A DNA stretch of 29,918 nt from a virus. Taxonomy: Duplodnaviria > Caudoviricetes. The stretch spans positions 1 through 29,918 of the IMG/VR virus record IMGVR_UViG_3300011339_000379. One strand, given 5' to 3'. Numbering within the stretch: position 1 is the stretch's first letter; each line of letters begins with the position of its first letter. The notes below the pieces were generated by a model. The model searched no databases. It saw only the letters and a program-made list of their open reading frames with translations, and had not been told where the DNA came from. Positions 15,962 through 25,982 of the stretch are shown here, in pieces. The translations under genes were made by a program, and so were the position numbers.

Positions 15962-16146
15962 AAGAGAAGATTCTTTGGGCCGTGTTCGCCGCTGGTTTAA
16001 TCGGCGTCCTCGTGCTTTCTGGGGGAGGTTTTTACCGCTACCCATGCCAAGACCCTATGAACTGGGAAAAGCCAGATTGCAAACCGCCGTTATGCACAGC
16101 CCGCAAAGACTGTCCTGACGATTTGGTAGGAGACGGAAATGCCTAA
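15958..16146 (+). CDS. Small membrane-anchored or exported protein with four Cys
   Basis: N-terminal hydrophobic segment, then YRYPCQDP..W..PDCKPPLC.....CP. Confidence 0.7.
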   Translation: MKEKILWAVFAAGLIGVLVLSGGGFYRYPCQDPMNWEKPDCKPPLCTARKDCPDDLVGDGNA

Positions 16147-16405
16147 AGAAGATGCTGGCGTTTTGGAAGCGAAACTGCGCTATTTCATCGGCGTGGCGCT
16201 GACTATCATTCTCGGAGGGACGATCTTCGTGATCCTCTACAGCTTGGTTTTTGTCAGTCAGCCTATGGGGGCGTCCTCAGAGAACGACCGAAAGTTCTTC
16301 GAACTGCTGACTCCCATCGCCTCGTTTATCGTGGGTGCGCTAGGCGGCGTCCTTGCGGCCACCAACAGCAGAACACAACAGCAGGACGAGGAGAAGTCAG
16401 AATGA
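16139..16405 (+). CDS. Two-TM membrane protein, holin candidate
   Basis: Two hydrophobic helices (YFIGVALTIILGGTIFVILYSLVFV; LLTPIASFIVGALGGVLAA), charged C-tail, GGAG RBS. Confidence 0.6.
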   Translation: MPKEDAGVLEAKLRYFIGVALTIILGGTIFVILYSLVFVSQPMGASSENDRKFFELLTPIASFIVGALGGVLAATNSRTQQQDEEKSE

Positions 16406-16584
16406 TTGGTAAACTCATCGGAGCCTTGGTTGGCCGCAAGCTGAAAGAGAAGGCCGTCGATTCCGTGTTGGATAAGGTCAATCTGCCTGATCCAGTAGAG
16501 GGCGTCATCAAAATTGCCGCCACTGGCAATGTTGGCGATCTGCTCGGCGCGGCTGCAAAGGCCGTTGGAAAGAAAAAGCCATGA
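16402..16584 (+). CDS. Small amphipathic hypothetical protein
   Basis: 60 aa, GAGGAG RBS, ATGA overlaps at both ends. Confidence 0.7.
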   Translation: MIGKLIGALVGRKLKEKAVDSVLDKVNLPDPVEGVIKIAATGNVGDLLGAAAKAVGKKKP

Positions 16585-17417
16585 CGCTGACTAAGGACCA
16601 CATCATCCACATCCTGCACGGCAACGCAGATGCCGCCGCTTGGGCGGATGCTGCCTTGGAAATCCTACCCAAATACGGGATCACAACCGCCAACCGCATT
16701 GCTGGCTTCTTTGCCCAGTGCGGCCATGAGTCGATGAACTTAACTGTTTTGTCCGAAAACCTCAATTATCGGGCTGAAACTTTAGAAAAACTGTTCTCGA
16801 AATACTTTTCGAAAGCAGGGCGCAACGCTGCTGACTACGCCAAACAGCCGGAGAAAATTGCAAATGTCATCTACGCATCACGAATTGGCAACGGCGATAC
16901 TGCCTCTGGTGACGGGTATCGTTTCCGTGGTCGCGGCGTTGTGCAGCTTACTGGTCGTGATAACTACACGGCATTTGGCAAAACTGTCGGGCTATCGCCG
17001 GAACAGGTGATTGACTATGTGCAGACCAAGAAAGGCGCTCTTGAGTCAGCTTGCTGGTACTGGGACAATCGGAAGATCAACCTTGCTTGTGACGAGGGCG
17101 ACATCGCCAAGATGACCAAGCTGGTCAACGGCGGAACCATCGGTCTCGAAGACCGCCGCAAGCACTACGAGGCTGCGCTGAAAGTGCTTGGCGGCGCTGT
17201 TCCTGCCCCGATTACAAATGCTGCCTCCATCCCCGGAGTTTTGAAAAAAGGCTCCACTGGCGAGGCAGTCAAGCGGATGCAAGCTGAACTGGGCCTTGAG
17301 GATGATGGTGTATTTGGCCCCGGCACTGAGTCAGCAGTCAAAAAATGGCAAGCTGCCAACGGCTTGGCTGCGGACGGCATCGTCGGACCTAAGACGTTGG
17401 CTAAACTCTTAGGTTAG
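16581..17417 (+). CDS. Endolysin: GH19 domain plus C-terminal peptidoglycan-binding domain
   Basis: FFAQCGHES, FRGRGVVQLTGRDNY, VNGG.IGLEDR (GH19); LKKGSTGEAVK...DGVFGPGTESAVKKWQ..NGL.ADGIVGPKT (PG_binding_1). Confidence 0.93.
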   Translation: MTLTKDHIIHILHGNADAAAWADAALEILPKYGITTANRIAGFFAQCGHESMNLTVLSENLNYRAETLEKLFSKYFSKAGRNAADYAKQPEKIANVIYASRIGNGDTASGDGYRFRGRGVVQLTGRDNYTAFGKTVGLSPEQVIDYVQTKKGALESACWYWDNRKINLACDEGDIAKMTKLVNGGTIGLEDRRKHYEAALKVLGGAVPAPITNAASIPGVLKKGSTGEAVKRMQAELGLEDDGVFGPGTESAVKKWQAANGLAADGIVGPKTLAKLLG

Positions 17418-17425
17418 GCTATAGT
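17397..17425 (+). promoter_or_regulatory. Putative sigma70 promoter for tail and ejection genes
   Basis: TTGGCT-N17-TATAGT; AGTCAG overlaps the -10 box; AAGGAG RBS follows. Confidence 0.5.
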
Positions 17426-17446
17426 CAGGCATCAAGGAGTTCTGCC

Positions 17447-18964
17447 ATGCCTTTAGTTCCTATCAGCCTACAACCCGGCCTCTACAAGAACGGCACGGCC
17501 TATAGCGGGAAACTGCGGTGGGCTGACTCGAACCTTGTTCGCTGGAAAGATGGGTCGATCCGCGTCATCGGTGGCTGGGAACGCCGCAAGACTGCCGCAG
17601 GGGCAAACATTACCGCGCTCTACACAGATGCGACAATCGAAGCCCCACGCAATACCTTTGCTTGGACTGACAATGCTGGAGCGCGGCATCTCGTCGTAGG
17701 TACAAACCGCGCCCTTTACTACATCGACTCATCTGGAGCGAAATCGACCATCACTCCTTCTGGGTTTACACCCAGAGCCAAGGATTCTGGTCTAGCAGTC
17801 GGCTACGGCACGTTTGCTTATGGCGTCAGTTCCTATGGTACACCGCGCACGTTTAGCGGTGCTATCCCAACTCCTGCCGCCTCATGGGACTTCGCTGCGT
17901 GGGGAGAAAAGCTACTTGCTCAGTTTCGCGGTGACGGCAAACTGTATGAGTGGACTCCGGGAACATCGGCTGCTTTGCCAATCTCTACTTCACCGACCAA
18001 TATGCAAGACTTCCTTGTAACTGACGAGCGTATTGTCATGGGTATCGGCAATGCGACCGACCCCCGTATTGTCCAATGGTCTGCCTCAGAAAATAATACC
18101 AACTGGACGCCAGCAGTCACAAACCAAGCTGGTAGCCTGACTTTGGCTGGAACTGGGCCACTGCTGGCGATCACCCAGATTATGAACGAACTGCTCATCA
18201 TCAGTCAGAACGAAGTCTACGCTGGGCGCTACCTTGGCCCGCCCTACATCTACGGCTTTGACCGCGTAGGAGACAATAATGGGCTGCTTTCTCCCACTTC
18301 GCTCGTAACTACTGCCCGCTTTGCTATGTGGGCGGCAGAGCGCAACTTCTGGATGTATGATGGCTCTCTGCACAAGCTAGAGTCAGATGTCATCGACTTC
18401 TTTCACAATGATTTGAGCGACACGGAGTACAGCAAGACGTTTGGTTTCTCGCTGCGTGGCTTCAATGAAATCTGGTGGCTCTATCAGTCCAAGACCAGTA
18501 CCACTGGCGAGCCTGACTCCTACATCTGCTATGACTTCTCGGCTAATCACTGGACCAAAGGTAAGATTGGGCGTGGCGTAGGCATAGATAATGCTGCCAC
18601 TGCGTACCCATTGATGGTGTCAGCAGATGGGCTGCTCTACAACCACGAGCTGCCCGGAACGGCTATCACAGATGGCGTTACGCCCTATTGCGAGACAGGG
18701 CCGCTCGAACTGGGGCAGGGCGACCGCCAAGCCTATATCGACTACCTTTATCCTGATGAAGCAGTCGCTGGCGATGTGACGCTGACGATCAAGACCCAAG
18801 ATATGCCGAACTCGTCGCAGACTTCCTATGGCCCCTATACGCTGACTGGGCCAACCCCAGTCAGGGCGCGAGGGCGGCAATTTGCTCTGCGTTTTGAGGG
18901 CCGCGCTGTTGGCTGGCAGATCGGCACGATGCGGGCGAATGTCAAAACTGGTGGCAACAGATGA
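17447..18964 (+). CDS. Tail hub / tubular protein B-like (P22 gp10-like stabilisation protein)
   Basis: 505 aa, beta-propeller-like W/Y/G pattern, 'FNEIWWLY', 'RARGRQ..LR'; lies before the ejection genes. Confidence 0.7.
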   Translation: MPLVPISLQPGLYKNGTAYSGKLRWADSNLVRWKDGSIRVIGGWERRKTAAGANITALYTDATIEAPRNTFAWTDNAGARHLVVGTNRALYYIDSSGAKSTITPSGFTPRAKDSGLAVGYGTFAYGVSSYGTPRTFSGAIPTPAASWDFAAWGEKLLAQFRGDGKLYEWTPGTSAALPISTSPTNMQDFLVTDERIVMGIGNATDPRIVQWSASENNTNWTPAVTNQAGSLTLAGTGPLLAITQIMNELLIISQNEVYAGRYLGPPYIYGFDRVGDNNGLLSPTSLVTTARFAMWAAERNFWMYDGSLHKLESDVIDFFHNDLSDTEYSKTFGFSLRGFNEIWWLYQSKTSTTGEPDSYICYDFSANHWTKGKIGRGVGIDNAATAYPLMVSADGLLYNHELPGTAITDGVTPYCETGPLELGQGDRQAYIDYLYPDEAVAGDVTLTIKTQDMPNSSQTSYGPYTLTGPTPVRARGRQFALRFEGRAVGWQIGTMRANVKTGGNR

Positions 18965-19662
18965 GAAGCGGCTTCATTGTCCCATCCCCTAACAGAGACA
19001 ACCTTTCGCGCTGGGCGATTGACGTTCACAATTTCCTGCGTGACGCCAGCAGCGGCGCTGTAAACGCACAGACAGTGCTGCTGCAACGACAGATCGGCGG
19101 CGAGAAGCCGACAACTGACGGCCTCCTCATGTGGGATCAGGACGGCTACCCTGTCGTATCCAAGGACGATGCGTGGCATCGTCTGGCAGTCGCTGACTAC
19201 ACTTACGGCGTTGGCAATGCGCTGTTTGGTAGGGCTACAGCAATCACCGCAGCCGCCGCCAACACTGCCTACGCCATCCTGTTCGATGCCCCTGCCTTTG
19301 CCACAGGCATCAGCCGTGCTACAGGAAACCTGACTCGGATCGTTTTTGCCAATGCTGGGCTTTACCGCCTGTCGTTTACGGCACAAATGGCCTCGTCATC
19401 CGCCTCTAGTGTCGAATTGCGCTTTTGGCCCAAAGTCAACGGGACTAATGTGGGCGGCAGCACAATGGTCGGCTCTCTACACAACAATGGCGCTACGACA
19501 GTTGTCTCCCGCGACAGCCTATTTCAATTTGCTGCGGGCGACTACCTCGAAGCCATGTGGGCAACTAGCAGCACCAGCGGCTTCCTCGAAGCCCACGCCG
19601 CCACTGCCTACGCTCCTGCCTCGCCATCTGTGACTATGGCGATTAATCGTGTGCTGACATGA
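18961..19662 (+). CDS. Virion structural protein with a beta-rich C-terminal domain
   Basis: 233 aa; 'RIVF..AGLYRLSFTAQ', 'AAGDYLEAMW'; ATGA coupling. Confidence 0.6.
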   Translation: MRSGFIVPSPNRDNLSRWAIDVHNFLRDASSGAVNAQTVLLQRQIGGEKPTTDGLLMWDQDGYPVVSKDDAWHRLAVADYTYGVGNALFGRATAITAAAANTAYAILFDAPAFATGISRATGNLTRIVFANAGLYRLSFTAQMASSSASSVELRFWPKVNGTNVGGSTMVGSLHNNGATTVVSRDSLFQFAAGDYLEAMWATSSTSGFLEAHAATAYAPASPSVTMAINRVLT

Positions 19663-20051
19663 GTGTAACCACTGAAGTCAGGAATTTGCTCGACACTTTG
19701 GACCGCTTTCGCCCTGACTTAGAGGCGGCAATGGACCACAATGGCGGGACGCACAGCTTCGATGATCTGACTTTAATGGTGCTTCAAGGCAGACTTCGCC
19801 TCTGGTCAACAAAGAATAGCATCGCCCTCACTGAAATTGTTGAGTATCCGCGCCAAAAGCACTATCATGTCTTTGCCGCAGGGGGCGACCTGACTGAGAT
19901 TGTGGACGCGATACCGACAATCGAACAGGCTGCTCGTGACGCTGGTTGCTGTAAACTGACTCTCTCAGGCCGCAAAGGGTGGTCAAGAGTTCTAGTCAGC
20001 GGCGGCTGGATAGAGCAGTTCACAACTTGTGTTAGGAGTATCGAACCATGA
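19659..20051 (+). CDS. Conserved protein upstream of ejection genes, possibly GNAT-like fold
   Basis: 'TEIVEYP', 'AGGDL.E', 'A...GC..L...GRKGW.RVL...GW'. Confidence 0.6.
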   Translation: MSVTTEVRNLLDTLDRFRPDLEAAMDHNGGTHSFDDLTLMVLQGRLRLWSTKNSIALTEIVEYPRQKHYHVFAAGGDLTEIVDAIPTIEQAARDAGCCKLTLSGRKGWSRVLVSGGWIEQFTTCVRSIEP

Positions 20052-20641
20052 GCCTCGGCGGAACGAAGACGCAGAAAAATGAGATTGACCCAGAACTGAA
20101 AAGGGCTGCGCTGGAAAATCTAGCGATGGCAAAGAAGGTCGGTCAACTTGGCTACATCCCTTATACTGGCGATACAGTCGCTGGGATGCAACCGGGGCAG
20201 ATCGCCGCGATCCAGAGTGGCAATATGGGCGCAAGCGCCTTTGGTCTGCCTGAAATGGCCGTGCCGACTGGCACAAACCTGAACCCCTACGCCGCCTACG
20301 AGACTGCGCTTGCCAACATTCCGGCTGGTCAGCGGGCCTTCATCGAATCAATGTTCATCAACCCGCAGACTGGCGCTGCGCCGACAATGACTTACGGCAC
20401 TACGCCAGCCGCAGCCCCTGCTCAAAATACGCAGCGGTCATCAGGCAGCAGCCGCGATTACACGCCGACTGGTAACGGCGGCAGTGCAAACTGGTCTGTA
20501 AGCCGTTCTTATCTGCCCGGTGGTATCAATACGAACCACCCCGATAGCTTCCTAAACTCAGTTCTCGGCCTCGCCCTTGATAAAGTTTTCCCGCAAAAAG
20601 CCCCAACAGCCAAAGACCGCCCCCCAGCGCGGCCCAAATAA
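20048..20641 (+). CDS. Putative DNA ejection / internal virion protein
   Basis: 'MSLGG..TQK.EI', 'PYTG.TVA'; G/A/P-rich; position. Confidence 0.55.
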   Translation: MSLGGTKTQKNEIDPELKRAALENLAMAKKVGQLGYIPYTGDTVAGMQPGQIAAIQSGNMGASAFGLPEMAVPTGTNLNPYAAYETALANIPAGQRAFIESMFINPQTGAAPTMTYGTTPAAAPAQNTQRSSGSSRDYTPTGNGGSANWSVSRSYLPGGINTNHPDSFLNSVLGLALDKVFPQKAPTAKDRPPARPK

Positions 20642-20651
20642 GGAGAGCATC

Positions 20652-21350
20652 ATGTCTGGTGGTGGAGCAAATACCAATGCCTACGCTGGCGCAGCCAACG
20701 CCCTGACTGGGGCTGGTAACGCGGCAACTGGGGCGATCAATACCTACTCGAACCTCCCGACCATCGCGTCTGGGATGTCAACGTACATGAACCCGTACAC
20801 GAATGAAGTCATCGGCAACGCCACTAACGATGTGAACCGCCTGACTCAGATACAGCAGCAGAACAACGCTGCGTCAGCAGCCAATGCAGGAGCCTTTGGC
20901 GGATCGCGCCACGGCCTCGTGGAAGCGACGACAAACTCTGAAGCCCAGCGCAATCTGGCTGACATGAGCGGCAATCTGCGTATGCAGGGCTTCAACACTG
21001 CGGCCAACCTCTCCAACCAAGACATCGGCAATCGCCTCGCTGGCGCTGGTGGGATGCTTTCTGGGGCCGGAACGCTGGGCAATATCGGCACGACTGCCTT
21101 CAACATGGGCAATACGCTGGAGACGAACCAGTATAATCGCGGCATGGACCAGCAGAAGATGGAACAGCAGCGTCTTAGGGATGCAGCGGATATGTTCAAC
21201 AACTATACGAACTCGCCAGCAAACTACTTGCAGATGCTGACTGGCGCTCTGTCTGGGTCGCCGCTCAACAACAACACCACTACCAGCGGGTCTTACAAGC
21301 CCGGTGTTCTGGACTTCCTCAGCTTGTTTACTGGCCTCAAAGGACTGTAA
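20652..21350 (+). CDS. Putative DNA ejection / internal virion protein
   Basis: AAGGAG RBS before ATG 20652; 'YMNPYT..V', 'AGAFGGSR', 'LR.QGFN.A'; G/A/N/Q-rich. Confidence 0.65.
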   Translation: MSGGGANTNAYAGAANALTGAGNAATGAINTYSNLPTIASGMSTYMNPYTNEVIGNATNDVNRLTQIQQQNNAASAANAGAFGGSRHGLVEATTNSEAQRNLADMSGNLRMQGFNTAANLSNQDIGNRLAGAGGMLSGAGTLGNIGTTAFNMGNTLETNQYNRGMDQQKMEQQRLRDAADMFNNYTNSPANYLQMLTGALSGSPLNNNTTTSGSYKPGVLDFLSLFTGLKGL

Positions 21351-21360
21351 AGGAAACGAC

Positions 21361-23997
21361 ATGGCAATGAACTCTCGCCGCAACCCGCTTTCTGCCCTTC
21401 TGGACTATGCAAACGCGCGGGGCGACGAGGCTTCGAGCATCGGCAGCGTGATGACTCAACTTGCACGGCCAATCCTAGTGTCGCAAGGCGTCGAGGCGGG
21501 CGGCAGTGTTCCTGCTACTCCTCTGCCTAAAACGACCTCTGACGCAGAAGAATACTACATCCGCGAGTTTCAAAAGCGCGGCATGGCGCGTCCAGTCTCA
21601 GAAGGCATCGTTGCTGGCATGGGATCAGAAAGTGGTCTTGACCCGACTATCAACGAGCGCAATCCGACTGTTCCGGGGTCGCGCGGCGGCTTTGGTCTGT
21701 ACCAGTTGACTGGCCCTCGCCGTATCGCCTTCGAGCGGTGGGCGTCTGAAAACGGCAAGAACGTAAACGACGACCAAGCGCAGATCGACTATATGATGAC
21801 CGAATTTGCTGGCCCAGAGCGTCAAGCCTATGACGCGCTGATCCAGTCTCCTGACGCCCAGTCAGCAGCAACTGTCTTCACAGACCAGTTCCTGCGCCCC
21901 GGCGTCTCGCACTCCGCGCAAAGCGCCAATGAAGCTGCCCGCATGAGCGGCCAGCCTTACGATCCAGCAATGTCAGGGTCGGGCCTAACCACAAGAATCG
22001 GCACGATGAGCGCACCAGATGCTGGTGGCGGCGCTCTGCCTCAGACTGTCGAAGGCATCCTGTCGTCGCTTTATCCGAACGCTGCTGAAGACGAGAAGGC
22101 GGCGCGGCGCAAAGACATCTTCCGTGGGCTAAGTCAGGGCTTCTCCGCTATCTCGCAAGGTAATCCTGTCGATCTGTCGAACATCGCTGCAAACGCTGAC
22201 CAGCGCCGCCGCCAAAACGTGCTGGATATGCGCGAGCGTGAGCGGGCGCGGGCTGGTGCGGCGCTTATCTACAGTCAGACTGGTGACTCCGACATGGCAG
22301 GGGCAGTAGCTGGGGGACTTATGAGCCTCAACGATGTGTTTAGTGCGCGCGAGCGCAAGCGCATTTCCGAACAGGCAGACGCCCAACGGCTGAAAACTGA
22401 ACAAGCAAATAAAGCCCTTGGTGGGTTGGTGCTTGGTATGTCTAAAGACTTTGGCTTCGATGAAAAACGCACCGCAGAAGTAGCGGCGGCGCTTGACGCT
22501 GGCGTAGACCCTAGCAGTGTCCTGACTCTTGGACAGCAAGCAAAAGTTGCAGACGAAGCACGGAAAAAAGAAGAACAGACGGCGGCAGCAGCGGAGAAAC
22601 GTGCGGCTATCGCAGAGGAGTATTCGACTAGCCAAGACCCAGTTATGCGCCTCACTGGTCAGCTTCTGTTGAGCGACCCTAAGATGACTGTGGCAGAAGC
22701 CTACAAGTTGGCATCTGATCGCTTCCCCATAGCTAAAGAAGGCAGCGACAAAGGCTTTGAGTTCGAAGCCAAGATCGCCGCGCGTATGAAGTCTCTTAAT
22801 GAAGACGAAGCTACTGCCACACGCGCTGTTCTAGAGCAGGAAAAAGCCGCTGGGGCAAATGTCACAGTGGCTCCAGATGGTACGATTACTGTCACTGGCG
22901 GCGCTCCTGCGGCTGCTGGCGCTCCTGCGATTGCTGCTCCGGCTCAGGGCGTAGGCGGGGCATTTGCTCAGACCTTTGGCTCAGTATCTGATGCTGCAAA
23001 AGCGACCCTACTTCCGGGCGAAGTTCAACAGCAAGCTGCTGACTTGGCTGCTACGCAGCAAGCGACAGAGCAAGCTACGGCAGAAGCGCCTGTCGAACTT
23101 GAGACTAAAGCTACCGAACTGTCCGCTGCAAAACAGAAACTTCAGCAGACAATCAATCAAGAGCAGGACGTAAACAAGAAAGTAGCGGCTGAAGCGCAGC
23201 TTTCTGCACTCAATGTTCAAGAACTGCAAATGAAATTGGACGAAATGAAAGCCTCTGCGCCTACTGATACCGCGCAAGCAAAAGCTAACCTCGCCAAGAC
23301 AGAGGCAGACCTTGCCAATGCGCTACTGGAGAATGAAAAGAAGCATCGTGAAGCCGCTGATGCAGCAGCAGGAAAAGCTGCCAGCTTGGCTGCAAGCCTT
23401 GTTCGTGCAAATACTGGTGCTTACGCAAGCACATCGACAGTATCAAAACTGCTTAATCTTACTGCTGACTGGGAAGCGGGACGAGGCCCAGCTACTCTGC
23501 GATCTATTGACGCCGCAATACCCGGAAGTCCGGCATACGATGTAGCTAACGTACTGATTCCGCAACTTGAGGCAACTAACATTATTTCCAATATCATGGC
23601 TATGAAGGCAGCATCATCAACAGGTGCTACAGGTTTTGGTGCTACAACTGCACCAGAACTTGCTGCACTGACAGACTTGCTTGGAAAACTAGATGTAAAA
23701 GGTAGCCCTGCCTTACTACGCGAGAACACTCGCGTACTAAATAACTACATTCTAGATAGTGCCTATGGTACGCAGGAGCAGCTTAAAGCTAATAATAAGC
23801 TGACTGACGCAGAAAAAGAGTTCTATGGTCAGCGGTATGACCCAAGGTCCGGCGAAATCAAATACCTTGGCATCCTACCCATTGATGAGGGTGTCATCAC
23901 TATATTTGATAAGCCAGCAGAGCCACTTGATCCAAGCGTCCTTACTCCAGCAGAAAAAGCACTGTTTGATAGCATCTCCACAGGAGGAAACAACTGA
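21361..23997 (+). CDS. Large internal virion protein with a phage tail lysozyme domain
   Basis: 'GIVAGMGSESGLDP.INE', 'GFGLYQLTGPRR', 'QIDYM..E', 'AA..F...F.RPG' (Phage_lysozyme2-like), then long Ala/Glu/Gln helical regions; AAGGA RBS before ATG 21361. Confidence 0.8.
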   Translation: MAMNSRRNPLSALLDYANARGDEASSIGSVMTQLARPILVSQGVEAGGSVPATPLPKTTSDAEEYYIREFQKRGMARPVSEGIVAGMGSESGLDPTINERNPTVPGSRGGFGLYQLTGPRRIAFERWASENGKNVNDDQAQIDYMMTEFAGPERQAYDALIQSPDAQSAATVFTDQFLRPGVSHSAQSANEAARMSGQPYDPAMSGSGLTTRIGTMSAPDAGGGALPQTVEGILSSLYPNAAEDEKAARRKDIFRGLSQGFSAISQGNPVDLSNIAANADQRRRQNVLDMRERERARAGAALIYSQTGDSDMAGAVAGGLMSLNDVFSARERKRISEQADAQRLKTEQANKALGGLVLGMSKDFGFDEKRTAEVAAALDAGVDPSSVLTLGQQAKVADEARKKEEQTAAAAEKRAAIAEEYSTSQDPVMRLTGQLLLSDPKMTVAEAYKLASDRFPIAKEGSDKGFEFEAKIAARMKSLNEDEATATRAVLEQEKAAGANVTVAPDGTITVTGGAPAAAGAPAIAAPAQGVGGAFAQTFGSVSDAAKATLLPGEVQQQAADLAATQQATEQATAEAPVELETKATELSAAKQKLQQTINQEQDVNKKVAAEAQLSALNVQELQMKLDEMKASAPTDTAQAKANLAKTEADLANALLENEKKHREAADAAAGKAASLAASLVRANTGAYASTSTVSKLLNLTADWEAGRGPATLRSIDAAIPGSPAYDVANVLIPQLEATNIISNIMAMKAASSTGATGFGATTAPELAALTDLLGKLDVKGSPALLRENTRVLNNYILDSAYGTQEQLKANNKLTDAEKEFYGQRYDPRSGEIKYLGILPIDEGVITIFDKPAEPLDPSVLTPAEKALFDSISTGGNN

Positions 23998-25982
23998 TGG
24001 CTGGTCCTACCTATGAAGAACTGATGGCTGCGGCCACAAAACTAAAAGATGCTGGAAACGCTGACGGCGCGAGAAAGATGCTGGAGGCAGCAGTCCGCGT
24101 CAGGCAAAACCAGCCTAAGTCTTTCTGGGAAAAGACCAAAGAGACTGTCGGGAAGGACATTCAGCAACTTGGCGATGTCGCCCTTATGGCAGGGCGCGGC
24201 CTGACTATCGGGCAGTCACCGAACATCCAAGGTGCAATCAATGTAATGCTTGGCGGCGACTTTGAGACTGGTCGTCAGAACCAACTTGCGGCGGAGGGCG
24301 CAGCATCTGAGCGTCTTGGCTGGGCTGGTATGCTTCCAGAAATTGCTGGCGGTATGGCGACTGGTGGCGCAGAAATGGCAGCAATCAAAAAACTTGCTGG
24401 TCCACAAGCAGTAGAAAAACTAGGTGGGTGGCTTGGCTCTGCCTTGACTGGTGCAGCAGAAGGCAGCGTTTACGCGCAAGGGCAAGGCATGGATACCACT
24501 TATGGTGGCTTGCTTGGCGCTGGCGGCGCTCTGGCTGGCAAAGGCATTATGACTGGCCTTGGTAAAATCGACGACTGGATTTCTCCAAAATTGAATGTCC
24601 AACAACGCGCCGCTAACGCGATCACGCAGCAGATGCAGCGTAGTGGTGTAGCCCCAGAAGATGTTGCTACCACTTTGCAAGGAGAGATGGCGCGGCTTGG
24701 TCCTGACGCTACTTTAGCAGATGTTGATATGCTGCGGCCTCGTGTGGTCAAAGCAGTCAACCCCATGTCTTCAACAGAGGCTGTAGCGTCTGCTTTCAAC
24801 ACGGCGACTTCGCCTCAACGGAACATTGCTGACTTGGCTCTGACTGAGTGGGATAACATCTTCCAGACCCCACGCAGTATCAATGAAAAAGGCGCAGAAA
24901 CTAAACTTACTTTGGATCAAGCGAAAGCGATCTATGAGCAAGGGCTAAACAACAGCCCTGTGAAGTTTAAAGGGGACACGTTTGAAAAGATCGTGACTGG
25001 CGCATTTGGCACAAAGGCCATTGCCGGAATGAAGTCTGCTCGTGACGCAATCATAGACGCTATCAAGATCAAGACGCCTCTTAAAGATGATGGAAAAGGC
25101 GGCTTTATCCGCGAAAGTATGACTCCACGCGATCTGCTCGACATCAAAGATGCAGTCGATGCTCGTATCAAAGACACAACTGACGGCGCAGCAGACGCGA
25201 AAACCAAGCGCCATCTAAGCGACATCTCAAGGCAGATTAACGAGACGCTAAAAGGCTACGTCCCAGAAATCAAAACTGCCGCAGACATCTATTCTGGGCA
25301 GTATTCTTTCGACGCCGCTTACAATAATGGTTACGAACTTGGGGAAAAAGGACTCAAGGGACAGTCTCTGACTGACTTGCGAGAAATGATTGCTGGTTTC
25401 ACACCGCAGCAAAAACAGGCTTACGCAGAAGGCTGGCGCAAAGCTAAATTTGAAGGCGTCGATGCCGCAGGAGCCGAAAAAGAGTTTGCTCGCATTGGGC
25501 CGACTAAATCCAACGCTGACTTGGAAATTATCGACTCTCTGTTTGGTGCTGGAACTGGGCAGAAGTTTGTCGATGTCAGCAAGCGCATTAACGCTATATC
25601 GGCCACAAACAAAGACTTCTTAAATCGCTGGAAAACTGTGAGTGGCGAAGCAGCAAATCCGAAAGGTGATTCGCTCAACCCGCTACGAATGGGCGCGGAC
25701 TTACTAACTATGGCCGCGCAAACGGCTGAACGCAAAATGATGGGCGGCGCGTTCCAAGGGGCTTTTGGCCGCGAAGCGCGGGCTATGGGCGCTCGTGGCA
25801 ATGCTCTGACTAACGACCAAATTGTCGAGTGGGCAACGCGAACAGGACAGTCTGTCGATGATGCCATGCGCGAAATTGAGCAGTATATGGCTCGCTCTAA
25901 ACCGCGTCCTATAAACCCAGAACTGATGCGTTCTGGGATACAGACAGGCACGGCGATTGAACGTGCTATGCGGGACCGCTAG
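23997..25982 (+). CDS. Large internal virion / ejection protein
   Basis: 661 aa, Gly/Ala-rich N-terminal part, AGGAGG RBS, last gene of the rightward module. Confidence 0.65.
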   Translation: MAGPTYEELMAAATKLKDAGNADGARKMLEAAVRVRQNQPKSFWEKTKETVGKDIQQLGDVALMAGRGLTIGQSPNIQGAINVMLGGDFETGRQNQLAAEGAASERLGWAGMLPEIAGGMATGGAEMAAIKKLAGPQAVEKLGGWLGSALTGAAEGSVYAQGQGMDTTYGGLLGAGGALAGKGIMTGLGKIDDWISPKLNVQQRAANAITQQMQRSGVAPEDVATTLQGEMARLGPDATLADVDMLRPRVVKAVNPMSSTEAVASAFNTATSPQRNIADLALTEWDNIFQTPRSINEKGAETKLTLDQAKAIYEQGLNNSPVKFKGDTFEKIVTGAFGTKAIAGMKSARDAIIDAIKIKTPLKDDGKGGFIRESMTPRDLLDIKDAVDARIKDTTDGAADAKTKRHLSDISRQINETLKGYVPEIKTAADIYSGQYSFDAAYNNGYELGEKGLKGQSLTDLREMIAGFTPQQKQAYAEGWRKAKFEGVDAAGAEKEFARIGPTKSNADLEIIDSLFGAGTGQKFVDVSKRINAISATNKDFLNRWKTVSGEAANPKGDSLNPLRMGADLLTMAAQTAERKMMGGAFQGAFGREARAMGARGNALTNDQIVEWATRTGQSVDDAMREIEQYMARSKPRPINPELMRSGIQTGTAIERAMRDR

